Assembly (NCBI RefSeq): GCF_001194135.2
Contig: NC_069002.1
Span: 14,925,590 to 14,989,589, forward strand
Reading direction: 5' to 3'
DNA: 64,000 nucleotides
Origin: Octopus bimaculoides
Lineage: Eukaryota
A program made the position numbers and the translations under genes. The notes under the pieces are model-generated. The model searched no databases and was not told the origin of the DNA. It saw only the letters and a program-made list of their open reading frames with translations. The stretch's first letter is position 1, and each line of letters begins with the position of its first letter. This document shows positions 12,701-26,400 of this stretch, in pieces.

Positions 12701-15700
12701 AGTTCAGCAGGGTTCGCCCCATCCCCTGCCAGAGCCTCGTGGAGCTTTAGGTGTTTTCGTTCAATAAACACTCACAACGCCTGGTCTGGGAATCGACACC
12801 GCAATCCTATGACCGTGAGTCCACTGCCCTAACCACTGGGCCATTGCACCTCCTAAATGTGTAAATATTACACAGCATACATACAGGGTGCAGTGGATAA
12901 ACTGTCGTTTAAATTACGCAAAAATGAAAATAATACTGACATCTCATCTTCACAGATATATTTGCCAAAATTACATAAAAATATCTTGAAATACTAAAGA
13001 GTAAATTTATTCAATAAAATCGCCATTGGCTTTAACCACGGCCTCCAGACGACTTCGGAATCTCCAGCAACTCTTCTGTGTGGTCTCCTTGTTTAAGTTG
13101 ATGAATGCTGCCATAATCCTTGCCTTCAGTTCATCTTTGGTGTTACAAGAAGTTTTGTTGGTCTCTTGCTCAACTGTGCCCCACATATAGTAACCAAGGG
13201 TTTTGCAGTGTGGGGAGTTAGGTGGCCAGATGTTATGGGTAATGTGGTTGCAGAAATTGTCTGACAGCCATGACTGAGTTCTGGTTGTGTGGCATGATGC
13301 AGAGTCCTGTTGCCAGACACAGGGTGTTCCAGTAGCCACTCACTTGACACAAGGCAGCACTACCTCCTCCAGGCACTTGATGTAGGTCTCCGTGTTGAGT
13401 GTGAGGCTGTGTGGGAATGGAGGCATAACGTCACCATCACTAGTAATCACTCAAAACACCATGATGTTGTCTGGATCTTTGATTTTTATCACTCTGAGTA
13501 CATGTTTTGGGGATACAACAAGTCAACGGTTCTGTGTGTTCACCATCTGATCCTGGCAGAAATTTTTCTTGTCTGAGAAAAACTAAAGCATGTTTGATTG
13601 GAGGGAATGCTTGAGTTTGTTCAAAAGCTTTGTAGCACAGTCTTTCTTCTTGTCCTTGATGGCTTGGGATAAAAATTGGTCCTTTCTCATCTTGTATGAG
13701 GAATACTGAATGTCTTCATGCACTACCTGCCTGATAAGGAACACAAACACTCCCATGTCCCTGGCGATGGACCTGATTGACTTGGAGGGATTGTTTTCAA
13801 TCATGGCCTGGATTTCACCAACAAATAATAATAATAACAATAATAATAATAATAAAACATTATTCAGACTAATATATAACAAAATCACCAGGACTAACAA
13901 GTATATATAACATACGGAAAATAGCACTACTAACCACTGCACACATCCTATATAAAACACTTTCAATACAGTAAAAATAAGAGTATCACAACAAACCACA
14001 GCACATAACCAAGGCACACAGAGCTGCGCTCAGTAGTACAGTGAAAGTATGTGATAAAAATAAGACTAATTATAACAGCCATGTGTTGAGAAGAATTCTT
14101 TGGGTTTGAATAAATAATTCACCTCTGGAAATATGGATGTTTTGTTCATCATCCTTAAACAAACTTCATTCAGGGATCTTTTGAGGAGGATGGGCTGCTC
14201 AACCTGAAAAAATTCTAACTGAGCCCCACCTGCGAGGTCATGTGCTGCTTATCTTGATATGCAATCACTATGTTGCATACATATGGCTGTGATGCATGTG
14301 CCTGGTGTACCCTTATTAAGCAGGTAGTCATGATGGGTATATTGGGCTTCGTATATTTGTACCCCAGTGTCACTGTAATGGCATGCACTGCTCTCTCACT
14401 AGATAATAATAGCAACAAAGAAGTAAGAATAATTTTTATATAAGATCTGAAAGCATATCATGTTCCCTGTGTTACTTTCAAAGTTCAGTTGTGTTCAGTC
14501 TGTCTGTAGTCATGCGTTAATCTTTTAAGTATCACAGGAGAAGATGCTGGCAGGAAGTGTTTGAGAAAATCTACAAAAACACACCATACAAATGTAACTA
14601 CACACACACACACACATTATTCTGTGTTTGTTTTGCACCATTTTCATGAAAAAGTTGAATCTATGAAGAACAGGACTTACCTCCATTCTTTACTAAAACC
14701 ATTTGGAAGCTTTTTAATTGGGAACTGTTTGGTTTTACCAGTTAAATAATTGGGAGATTCCAATGTGTACTTGTCACAAAGACCTGCAGAGAAAATAAAG
14801 TTGCAGTTAGATTTTATTGAATTCTTTCTAAGTTAAGCCATCTGCTCCAGCAACAAGGACTCATACACACACACACACACACTGTCTTATGGATATGCAC
14901 TCTCTCAAACACACATAAACACACACATAGACTCTCTCCAATACACACACATACATTCACTCAGACACATATCAATACGCCTGTACAAACCCAAATCTTT
15001 CATCAAAACATTTTTATCTCAACTACAACTTTTAAATGTTTATTTTTTGTAAGAAACCATTTACTTCTTCTCCAAGGAAATTCTCAATGATTAATCACGA
15101 AACTCATTTTACATAAACTTGAAAAATTGGTACAACATAGCTTACCTTTACTCTTCTCTAAATCTTTAGCTGTTGCATCAAGATAAAGGTTCATAAAAGC
15201 ATGGAATCTTGGTTTAATTTTCACAATCATTCCAGTTGGTAGTACAACCTGTGAAGAAGAAATGGGATGCAAATTAGAAAAACTGCAACAAATTGTATAT
15301 ACTTAAAATCTTTACTAACGAAGATGCTCAGACAATAGATTTAAAATGTCTAATTTTAAAGGGTGACTTGATGAGCCTTTAATAGTATATATGGCAACTA
15401 TTCTTGCAACGTTTAGAATCATCTGATGTAATCATCCCAAAGTTAAAGTAATGGAATCAAAATGTTCCTGGAGGTAAGCCTTTATATGTGTGTATGTGTA
15501 CATATATATATCTGGCCCATCAGGAATCACTGCTGAGATACTTAAAATATTTGGTGGTGTAGGCTATGCTCTAGTCACCTGTATAGTTAAGCAGGTGGTA
15601 CACAAAAGAACCATACCCAAATTGCTTAGAGGTATCATAATAATAATAATAATAATAATAATATTAGTTTATATAAAAGACTGATAACTCAGCAGAAATG

Positions 15701-15968
15701 TAATAGATAGATAGATGAGTTCTTAACTTTTGTATACGATTGTCATAATCCATCAGTCTAATGAATTAGACTGACATTTATTTTATTTTGAACCTGTTGA
15801 AGGCATGCAAGATGCTGAAATATTGTTCAAAGCACCAATAAATAAGTTACTTTCGAGTTGCGCTTTTTGTCATTAAGTTGGCCGTGGTCATGGATTACAT
15901 CAGCTATGTTTACCTTAGTGATGGAATTTGGCAATCGTATACAAAAGTTAAGAACTCACCTCTCTATC

Positions 15969-16005
<37 letters not shown>

Positions 16006-17292
16006 CCTTTCTGCTATAAGTACAAGGCCTGAAATTTGGGGGTAGTGGAGTAATCAATTACATCGACCCCAGTACTCAACTGGTACTTATTTTATTGACC
16101 CTGAAAGGCAAAGTCAACCTTGGCAGAATTTTCAACTCAGAATTTAAAGATGAAGGAAATGCCACTGAGCATTTTGTCTTGCATGCTAATAATAATAATG
16201 ATGATGGTAAACATATGAGTTTTGTATGTGATTAAATGAGCTAAGGCTGTAGGAAACTTACCACATAATAAGAACCAAAGACGTTTGTGTAAATTTTGGT
16301 TGCTGGTGTGAGGTCACCATGGAGGTATGTCTTGACTTTGACAGGTAATGTTCTGGCTTTAAATTTAGAATTAGCATACTGGCATTTGTTGAAAACGATG
16401 ACATCATCTCCTGATCGAACTATGACTGCACAGGTACAAGAAGCACGGCCACATCTTGTAAAGAAAGCTCTGACCTAACAAGACAAAATATAAAAAGGTA
16501 ATGTTAACAGGTGACTGAGAAAGTCTGTTCAGTAGATATATGTATGTAATTATGCATGTGTATATATGTTTTTATGTGTGTAAATGTATGTGTGTGTGTG
16601 TGTATATATATATACATATATATATATAATAATAATAATAATATTAGGGACAAAATCCAAAATTACAGGTAAAAACTCAATTAAAATCAATTTATAAAAA
16701 ATTAAAATTAAATTGAGCTTTTTGTATATAATATACATGTTATTATAATGGATGAAGGGAGGATTATTGATTGGTTATTATTTTGATATTTTGATATTTT
16801 TAATAATTTTTCTATCTTTATAAAATAAGTATTTCATATTAATTCATTTGGTACTTATTGTTGGTTGAGATATATATATCTAATTATTNNNNNNNNNNNN
16901 NNNNNNNNNNNNNNNNNNNNNNNNNNNNNNNNNNNNNNNNNNNNNNNNNNNNNNNNNNNNNNNNNNNNNNNNNNNNNNNNNNNNNNNNNNNNNNNNNNNN
17001 NNNNNNNNNNNNNNNNNNNNNNNNNNNNNNNNNNNNNNNNNNNNNNNNNNNNNNNNNNNNNNNNNNNNNNNNNNNNNNNNNNNNNNNNNNNNNNNNNNNN
17101 NNNNNNNNNNNNNNNNNNNNNNNNNNNNNNNNNNNNNNNNNNNNNNNNNNNNNNNNNNNNNNNNNNNNNNNNNNNNNNNNNNNNNNNNNNNNNNNNNNNN
17201 NNNNNNNNNNNNNNNNNNNNNNNNNNNNNNNNNNNNNNNNNNNNNNNNNNNNNNNNNNNNNNNNNNNNNNNNNNNNNNNNNNNNNNNNNNNN

Positions 17293-17326
<34 letters not shown>

Positions 17327-20300
17327 ATGTTGGCTCTATGAAATCTCACACACCTGTCACATTCCTCTTGCCCTTCTTTGTGCCTCACCTAACTTTCTGT
17401 TATGAAGAACTTATACACTCCTTCCAACCTCCTCACCATACACTCCTTTCTCCCCGCCTCAGACTTTTAAATAATTTTTCTGCTCTCACAGAACTCATAA
17501 TTTAAGAATTTTTTATCAATGTTGTTGTGTAATTTATTTTTCTTCAATTTTCTCTCACTTCTCTTTCTGAACTTGCATCTTTTCTCACATTTTCATTTCA
17601 TTTGCTTGCACATTTCTATTACACCCTCCACATTCCTCTTGCCAGATTCTGAAGCCATTTTGAGGCCATGGCAGAAACTGAGGGCAGCTAGTTTCAGTAA
17701 AATGTTAACTCTCAGCAATAATCTAGTTGATATTTTTTGATATTTTAAAAATGCTTTTACTTTTGAAAGGGATACTGTTTTCGTTTCCTTTAATGAAAAC
17801 TGCCAAATTTAGCCCAAATACCCCCTGTGTGTGCATGTTTATTCTTTATCTCTGAAATGAAGATGTTTCTGGGACAAAAAGGAATCAATTAAGATGCTGG
17901 AGTATAAAAATTAAATAATAAAGAAACCAACCTCAAATGGCAACGTGTCATGTTGGTAGACAATAAATTCACCTGTCATGTAGCTGCTGTAATACCTGTA
18001 AGTATGAGAGAATAAATGTAGAAAAGTAATTTTATGTAAGAGCAGCAGAATAGTGAAAATCCAAACAATAACATATCTATTGATTCTTAGCACATTCTGG
18101 AATATTTGAATGTGAATAGCTGATCTCTGTTGTTTCTTTTATGTCATCAGAGAATATCTCCACTTTAGCAGTCAATGAGTGTTCATAACATGAAATTCAC
18201 TGGTGTAAAGACATTAGAAGTGAGCTGGATCAACAGTTTCAATTGCTTGTGTTGCTGATAAAAAAGAATATATCTATAAAATGCTTACTTCTGGTTGAAA
18301 GATTTTACATGGGGATCTCCTGTGATTTTACATATTCCTTTGATAAACTTCTTTGAGTCCTTATTTGTTATTGATACCTGTTGGAATAAAAGAAAATGGT
18401 GCAATTTACTTCTTAATTGTGAACTGAGTTTTGGTTCAGTCTTATAAAAGAAAGTCACAAAAGTTAACATAATTTTGAAACAAACCTATTTTAGCTTTAG
18501 GCATTGCTTTTTGCAATCATGTGGATCCTTGCTTGGTTCCATTACTAAATGGCACTTTAGGAAAGTGCATTCTACCAAAGCCTCTGCTTAATCAATGCCT
18601 AGTGAGTGGGTTATGTTAGTAGGGAAGTAAGTGTGTTATTTCTTTACTTCTTTACTACCCACAAAGGGTTAAACACAGAAGGGACAAACGGATTAAGTCG
18701 ATTATATCGACCCCAGTGCGTAACTGGTACTTATTTAATCGACCCTGAAAGGATGAAAGGCAAAGTCGACCTTGGCGGAATTTGAACTCAGAACGTAGCG
18801 GTAGACGAAATACTGCTAAACATTTCACCCGGCGTGCTAACGTTTCTGCCAGCTCGCCTAGGGAAGTGTGTGTAGAGTCATGTATATAAGTAGGGTTATG
18901 AGTTCATAGGATGATGTTGAAGCTGCTGAGAATAGGGACCTCCAGTTGCAAAGCCTCAGCATCAAATGTTTCCTCAAAGATAATGATTCCCAGCAAAATA
19001 AATTTTGTTTTGGCTAAAGGAACACCAATGGTTAAAGCAGCAAAGGAGGGACAGCCCCATATAAACAGAATGATAAATACACATAAGGGCAGCAAGGTGT
19101 GCATTGGGGACAAGGTGAGCTATGTGGTTATAGAAGGTGTGGTTATGATGGCATTGATGATGAAGGTGGTAATGATGGTGAAAGAGAAGACAGTAAAAGG
19201 TAGGTTGTGGTGGTGGTGGTGATGGGAAAACACCATGAGGGTTAGTGAGGGAAACTGAATGGGATGGATGGTGAAGGAGGAGATGGGAGACATTTATGAT
19301 AAAGGTAGTGGTGGTGGTGATGGCGGGTGAAAATGGTGGTGGTGGTGGTGGTGGTGGTGTTGTTAAAGAAAGCTAGGAAAATTAATATTCCCTTTTGAGT
19401 TGTAAGGTGTATAATGGATGTAGAAAATAAGCTGTTTATTGGGACAGCACAGGATGGACACACACACACACACACATATATATGTTTAGTGGGTCGATCC
19501 ACTACTCAGGAAGAGACTATTCTAGAGTGCATTACTGCCTTATCTTCGAAACGCCTAGTTAGAATAGAGGCAGCTGATGAAGGAATAATTCCAAGTGGCT
19601 ATCTGTTTTCCTATGTGTCCGTTCCGTTGTCTATAGTTCATTTTTCTAACATCCTGTACCCTGATATGCATCTATATACACATGTAGATGTATGTACATA
19701 TATGTGTGTATACATGCATATATATTCTTTGTATCATCATCATCGTTTAACGTCCGCTTTCCATGCTAGCATGGGTTGGACAATTTGACTGAGGACTGGT
19801 GAAACCGGATGNNNNNNNNNNNNNNNNNNNNNNNNNNNNNNNNNNNNNNNNNNNNNNNNNNNNNNNNNNNNNNNNNNNNNNNNNNNNNNNNNNNNNNNNN
19901 NNNNNNNNNNNNNNNNNNNNNNNNNNNNNNNNNNNNNNNNNNNNNNNNNNNNNNNNNNNNNNNNNNNNNNNNNNNNNNNNNNNNNNNNNNNNNNNNNNNN
20001 NNNNNNNNNNNNNNNNNNNNNNNNNNNNNNNNNNNNNNNNNNNNNNNNNNNNNNNNNNNNNNNNNNNNNNNNNNNNNNNNNNNNNNNNNNNNNNNNNNNN
20101 NNNNNNNNNNNNNNNNNNNNNNNNNNNNNNNNNNNNNNNNNNNNNNNNNNNNNNNNNNNNNNNNNNNNNNNNNNNNNNNNNNNNNNNNNNNNNNNNNNNN
20201 NNNNNNNNNNNNNNNNNNNNNNNNNNNNNNNNNNNNNNNNNNNNNNNNNNNNNNNNNNNNNNNNNNNNNNNNNNNNNNNNNNNNNNNNNNNNNNNNNNNN

Positions 20301-20411
20301 NNNNNNNNNNNNNNNNNNNNNNNNNNNNNNNNNNNNNNNNNNNNNNNNNNNNNNNNNNNNNNNNNNNNNNNNNNNNNNNNNNNNNNNNNNNNNNNNNNNN
20401 NNNNNNNNNNN

Positions 20412-20469
<58 letters not shown>

Positions 20470-23400
20470 AACATATAGGCATAAAGACATACATATATGC
20501 CTTCATACATATATAGACATAGAATTTATTTCCTTTAGTTGCTCCATTGTTATCATCATCTTTATAGTCTACAACATTGCTTTCCAGTTTCAACAACACT
20601 AAAACTCTTACAGAGAAAGAGAAGAGAGTGGGTGATATAAACAAAACAAAACATGTAGTACTTACTTTTTTCGTTACACTTTTCACTTCATATTTAGTGT
20701 CACCTACTATATGTTCCTCTACAATCTTGATTTCTTGGTTGACATTTTTCGTATAAACACTATCAACAAGAGCTTGTAATGTAATGGAACTGAATCCAGT
20801 AGACATCTTGGTACCACAGATTGGCTGACCTCCAATATTGTTTCCTCTGTATAGTACAACCAGTGGAACAACTACAGAAGTTCTTGGACATTTCCTTTTA
20901 GAAAATGAACCTGTTATACTTGCTTTGAATGATATCTGGCATGCTTTACCATACTTCAAGATACAGATGTAATTTGGTTCAACTCCGATGCTAACTGATA
21001 GAGAAACTGGATTTTCTCCTTCAATTAATTTAATATCTGTCGTATTATCAATCTGAAAAAAAAATTGTTTTTCATTAAATATAAACAGAAAAATATTTAT
21101 TTATTTATACAAGTATGAAATTATTTCAGATAATTCAAATTAGATATTTTGTTTGAATTACTACATGTTGTTGTTAACATATTCCAGTTTGCTTATCACA
21201 TAAGTTTTGTATGTATATATACAGAAGGAAGGTTCCACATACCTTCACAGAAATATTGTCTAAGCAAAGCCAGTAACACTTATTTATATTTGCTGTAATC
21301 AGTCAGTTTCATTAGGTAAAAATCAGTGCAATAAAAGTACCTTACTTACAAAACCATGGTTAGTGACAAGAAGAACATCCAAGTATCAAAAACTATATAA
21401 GTCTCATACAACTCATGCCAGCACAGAAAAATTGGATATAAAAGCTGATGATGATACTTTTTGTAAACATTTTAAAGAGCATGTTATGTCTCAAGCTACT
21501 GCCATCTACCACCTTCGGATGATATCTACTCAACCGCTACACGACTACTACTCAACAATTAGTCCACTGGCAGTCCACCATTAGTCGACTGTCAATCTAC
21601 ACCTACCACGGTCAGACTACCTCTATTTATATGTCTTAGTCGAGCCTACTTCTTTGCTTGGGGGCGTCAACACAACAGAGTAAATTTTAATTAGAAGGTA
21701 AGAAAAATTTGAAATTATTTCAGATAATTCAAATTAAATATTTTGCTTCAATTACTATATGTTGTTGTTAACACATTCCAGTCTGCTTACCACATAAGTT
21801 TTCACACTCATGCCTTCTTTATGGCAAGCATTGCATTATTAGAAGAATAAGTTCAGCGCAACAACCATAAATTTGAATATTTGGAGAACATTTGAGTTCT
21901 CTTTCCTTGGTGTTTGATAATTAAATATCTGCAGTTAATTTATGATTTCCAATCACACTTTCCTTTGTTTTAGCCATTGGACTGTGGCAATGCTGGAGCA
22001 TTTTGGTGTTTGAAATGCAAATTAGTTACAAAACACTGTTTTAAGTTCTTCCTTCAGGTTAATGCTGAGTGGGAGCGTTTATGACAATTTAGATATTGTT
22101 GGAAGCTGTGGTTTTCACAATGATTCCACGAACACCCTATTTCTAGATATTTACTCAACTATGATGTATGAGCAGAGCATTTTCATCAGCTTTGTAGATT
22201 AACCCTTTAGCATTTGTATCCAGCCCAAATATTCTGTATTTTCTTTTGTTCAAACTGGCCAGGTCCAGCCTCTTACACCAACCCTACTTTGTCATTTTAA
22301 AAATTAACAATCATAATTGAAATTTCAAAATTATGAGAGAATCCACAATTAATTCAAAGCAATGTGAATGAATAAGCAATACATTTGACAGAACAATCTG
22401 AATGATAAAGGATTAAGGCAAACAGAGTAGTGAGCATTATTTAGAGTTACAAAATATAATGGCTATAGTTTTATAGTACAGTCCTCTCATCCTGAGACCA
22501 TTCTAAGCAGTAATATAGTATTTTAATGCTACAACTTTTAAAGTGCTCCATAAACAGTATACCATAGCATACTGATGTGCAGCTGGATAAAATTATCATC
22601 ATTCTCATCAGTTCATGTTTTCTTTCTATTCTGGCATGGGTTGGATGGTTTGATAAGATCTAACAAATTGGCAGACCATGTCATGTTTCAATACTTGCTT
22701 TCTCATGGTTTCTGTGGTTAGATAGATGCCGTTCTTAATGCCAACAACTTTACACAGCTTTTTGGTGGGTACCAACACTATTTATCGACTAAAGTAAGTA
22801 CTTAAACATTTTCTGTTGTTTAAATTATTTATAAGCTAAAATATATAAACAAATTTTTTGAGAATCCTTGAAGCTCTCTCAGATTCTGGACAAACATCCT
22901 ATCAGTGCTATTGCATCATTTCACTTAACAATCCCAATCCTAGACTGGGAACTTATGAATTGATCCTCATGGGATGAAATACAAAAATCAACCTTGGTAG
23001 GATTTGAACTCAGAACATAAAAAAACAGGAACAAATAACACAAGGCATTTGATCTGATGCTCTAATGATTTTACCAAATTGTCACCAAGAGAGAAATTAT
23101 CATTTTGGTCTCAATAAATGAAATACTATTGAAGTACATGCTTTGTTCCTCTTCCTTCTCTTTCTGTAAAGTGTGCTGCAAATGTAACAGTATATGAACC
23201 ATTGATTCATTATGATAATTAATGTAAGACCATACATCTTTTAGGTGCTCTTTTAGGTTATCATGAACTGAATTAATCAGGTATGATATGAGCTGAGACC
23301 AGCGGGGAACAATGAAAAAAATCTAAGATGCATTGGGCTTGGGCCCCTAACATCATTACTCCTTCATATTTTATAAAGGGTGAATATTAGTTGATTAAAT

Positions 23401-26400
23401 CAGCACCACTATTATATTTTACTGACCCCAGAAGAACAAAAGTCAAATTTAATGTTAACAGGATTTGTCTCCAGGACATAAAGAGCCATAACTAAATTGT
23501 GCAGAGAATTTTGTCCACTAGTCCTCCAATATTCTACTGATTCTTCTAGTTCACTACAGTTTTTGATGAGGAAAACACCCAACAAAAATATATTTATCAG
23601 TCTTAGATTTTACTTACCTTAGTTTCAGAAATAATTACATTACTTCGTTGAGATATTGGTTCACCACAACGGATTGAAGATTTAGCCTTGATGGCACAGG
23701 AAACCTATGAAGCAGAGGTGACCAAAATGAAAATTCTTTAGAAACTGTTTTATATAAACATGGAAAAATTAAGAAAATGTTTGAGGCAGAGTTTTCTAGT
23801 CAGAGCTCTTCTCAACTCCAACCTTAACTATTTTCAGATAAGGGATTATTTTTAGTTCATAGGTCTTTGAAAATAGAGCAACTGTTCATAATGTCAGTTT
23901 TCAAATCTGAGTCAACACATGCACGCACATACACACACACGCATATGCATCTACACAGTTTCTATTCTCCAGATTCACAAACAGAACATTTATTAGCTTG
24001 GGGATATAGTAGAAAATACTTGCCTAAGGTTGTGTGTATGCATGTATGTATATTTATAATGTATGAAATGTGTTATGTGCCACTTTCTTTCATTTGTTCA
24101 TTACTCACTTGTATATATATATATATATATAGGTTAAGTAGTTTGCTTTCTATCCATATAGTTTGGAATTCTTCCGGGTATTATCATCCCATAAGGTATC
24201 ATGTTCTAGACAGAACAGTCGGGAACAAGATAATAAAATAGAAAACATCTACAGCCAAATTTGACCATATTGAGACTGTTGGATCAAAAAAAATATTGGT
24301 GGAACTTAGAAATTAAAGCAGCCGCCAAGTTAAAATACGACCAGCCAGAGATTGTAGTGTAGGACCATGAAGAAAATATATGTTATGTAGTGGAAATCAA
24401 CTGCCCTCTGGACACCAAAGTGGGTTTAGAAAAATACAAGAGAAAGGGGACATCTATGGACCATTCATACAGAGCTTCATACCTTGGGGCAACAGGATAC
24501 ATACCAACCTGTTGGGAGCAAAGTATGGTTGAACTTGGGATCTTGGGGAGAGAATGCAAATATTTAATTCATAAACTACAAATAATCATGATATCTAAGA
24601 CAATAAAAATGTGCAAGACCTTCTTCAGATTTCAAGGCTGATGAACAAGACAAGACAGTTTCCTTCTCAACCTTACTGCCAAATAGGGGGCCAGTCAAAA
24701 TTTATTCCAAACTAAAACAAGAGAACATACGTACATACATACAAGCAAACAAACAAAAATACCCTGTTGTTGATGTTGAAATTCCAATGAAGGAGCCTTG
24801 ATTCTAGATTAGAAATTGACTCATTCTCTATTGGCAAGAAATCTTGAAATAAAACTGAACAATGACATCCTTACATACACACATATCCATTCAATTTGAG
24901 TGTAAAGCAATGTAGTGTGCTTTAGAAAGCTTGTCTACAGTTATTGATTAACAAATGCATTCTATACTGAGATTGTTCATATCACTGAATATAAATCTGG
25001 ACATTTGTGAATATCTGTAGAGTATGTATAAAGATATGAGCTGATACATGAATGAAGTAGGGTTATTGGACTAATGACAATGGCATAATGTGTTATTTTA
25101 TATTCTTTTATTCTTTGACATGCTTCAGTCATTTGACCTCAGGCATGCTGGAACACTGCCTTAAAAGGTTTTAGTTGAAGAAATTAACCCCAGGACTTAT
25201 TCTTTTGGTTTCTTTTATTGAACAGTTAAGTTACGGGAAACAACATTGGTTGTCAAGTAATGGAGCGGGGACAAACACAAAGACACACACAAATATATAT
25301 NNNNNNNNNNNNNNNNNNNNNNNNNNNNNNNNNNNNNNNNNNNNNNNNNNNNNNNNNNNNNNNNNNNNNNNNNNNNNNNNNNNNNNNNNNNNNNNNNNNN
25401 NNNNNNNNNNNNNNNNNNNNNNNNNNNNNNNNNNNNNNNNNNNNNNNNNATATATATATATAATACATATATATATATATATATAATACTACTAAAACTC
25501 TCTGATTGTTTGCTTGCTTGTCTGTCATTACATACAGCCAAACTGGTGCGTAATGGAAAATACTATGAATTAAGATAACCCTGAAATGTGAATACAAACA
25601 GAATGAAACAAGTTTCGTGTAAATTGAACCATGGATTCCTGAGATGGTGGGGGTATTCATAAATGCTCAAAACTGTTCATAATGGGAAAATACTCTGAAA
25701 GGGAAGAAACTCTAACCTTTCAATTAGAGACATTATGATCAATGTCGGTAAATTTGATAAGTACATCTGCATGCAAAAAAAGCCTTGAATTCTTTTTTTT
25801 TTTTTTTTTTGCATGAAATCAAGTACTCTGATCTCCTAATGTGCTGCAAACTCTTTATTTTATTTTTGTTCTGGTATGGGAGGTGGAGAATTGCCCCCCC
25901 CCCTCCACCTCCCCATACTAGAATCATTGGGTATTTTTTATTTTTTTATTATTGTTGAATGAATTATGGTGATCTCCTAATATGCCACAAAACACTTTTT
26001 TGGGTCCAGAAAATGGGGTGGGGTGGGGGAGGGTGTAATGCTTGGAAATTTCACCCCCACACCCAACATTTTACAGAAATACATTTTCTCGAGTGTGGAT
26101 TACATGATTCATTATTAAATAGATATTTACTAGTTGGTACTATATCGTACTAATGCATGTGAAATAACCTGGAAAAGAAAAAAAAAAACCTGAAACAAAA
26201 CTCCCTTGGTGGGAAACTCCAAGGTACCCTCTACCCCTTTCCTTTCCTGAAAAAAGTTGCTTGCAACAGGTTTGGAGGTCAGATGCATTGACTGCACTCA
26301 AAAAAACTTGTGGAAAAAAATTATTTCACACTGAGGTATGAACAGGCACTTTATGAAATATTTACTGAAACAACTGTAATATTATGCAATAAAGCATTTT

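Noticed and set aside
19790-19811. CTGAGGA...GAAA in repeat family D (also 35500, 39980)
   Set aside because: No helix II and no U opposite A15.1, so it is not a hammerhead fold
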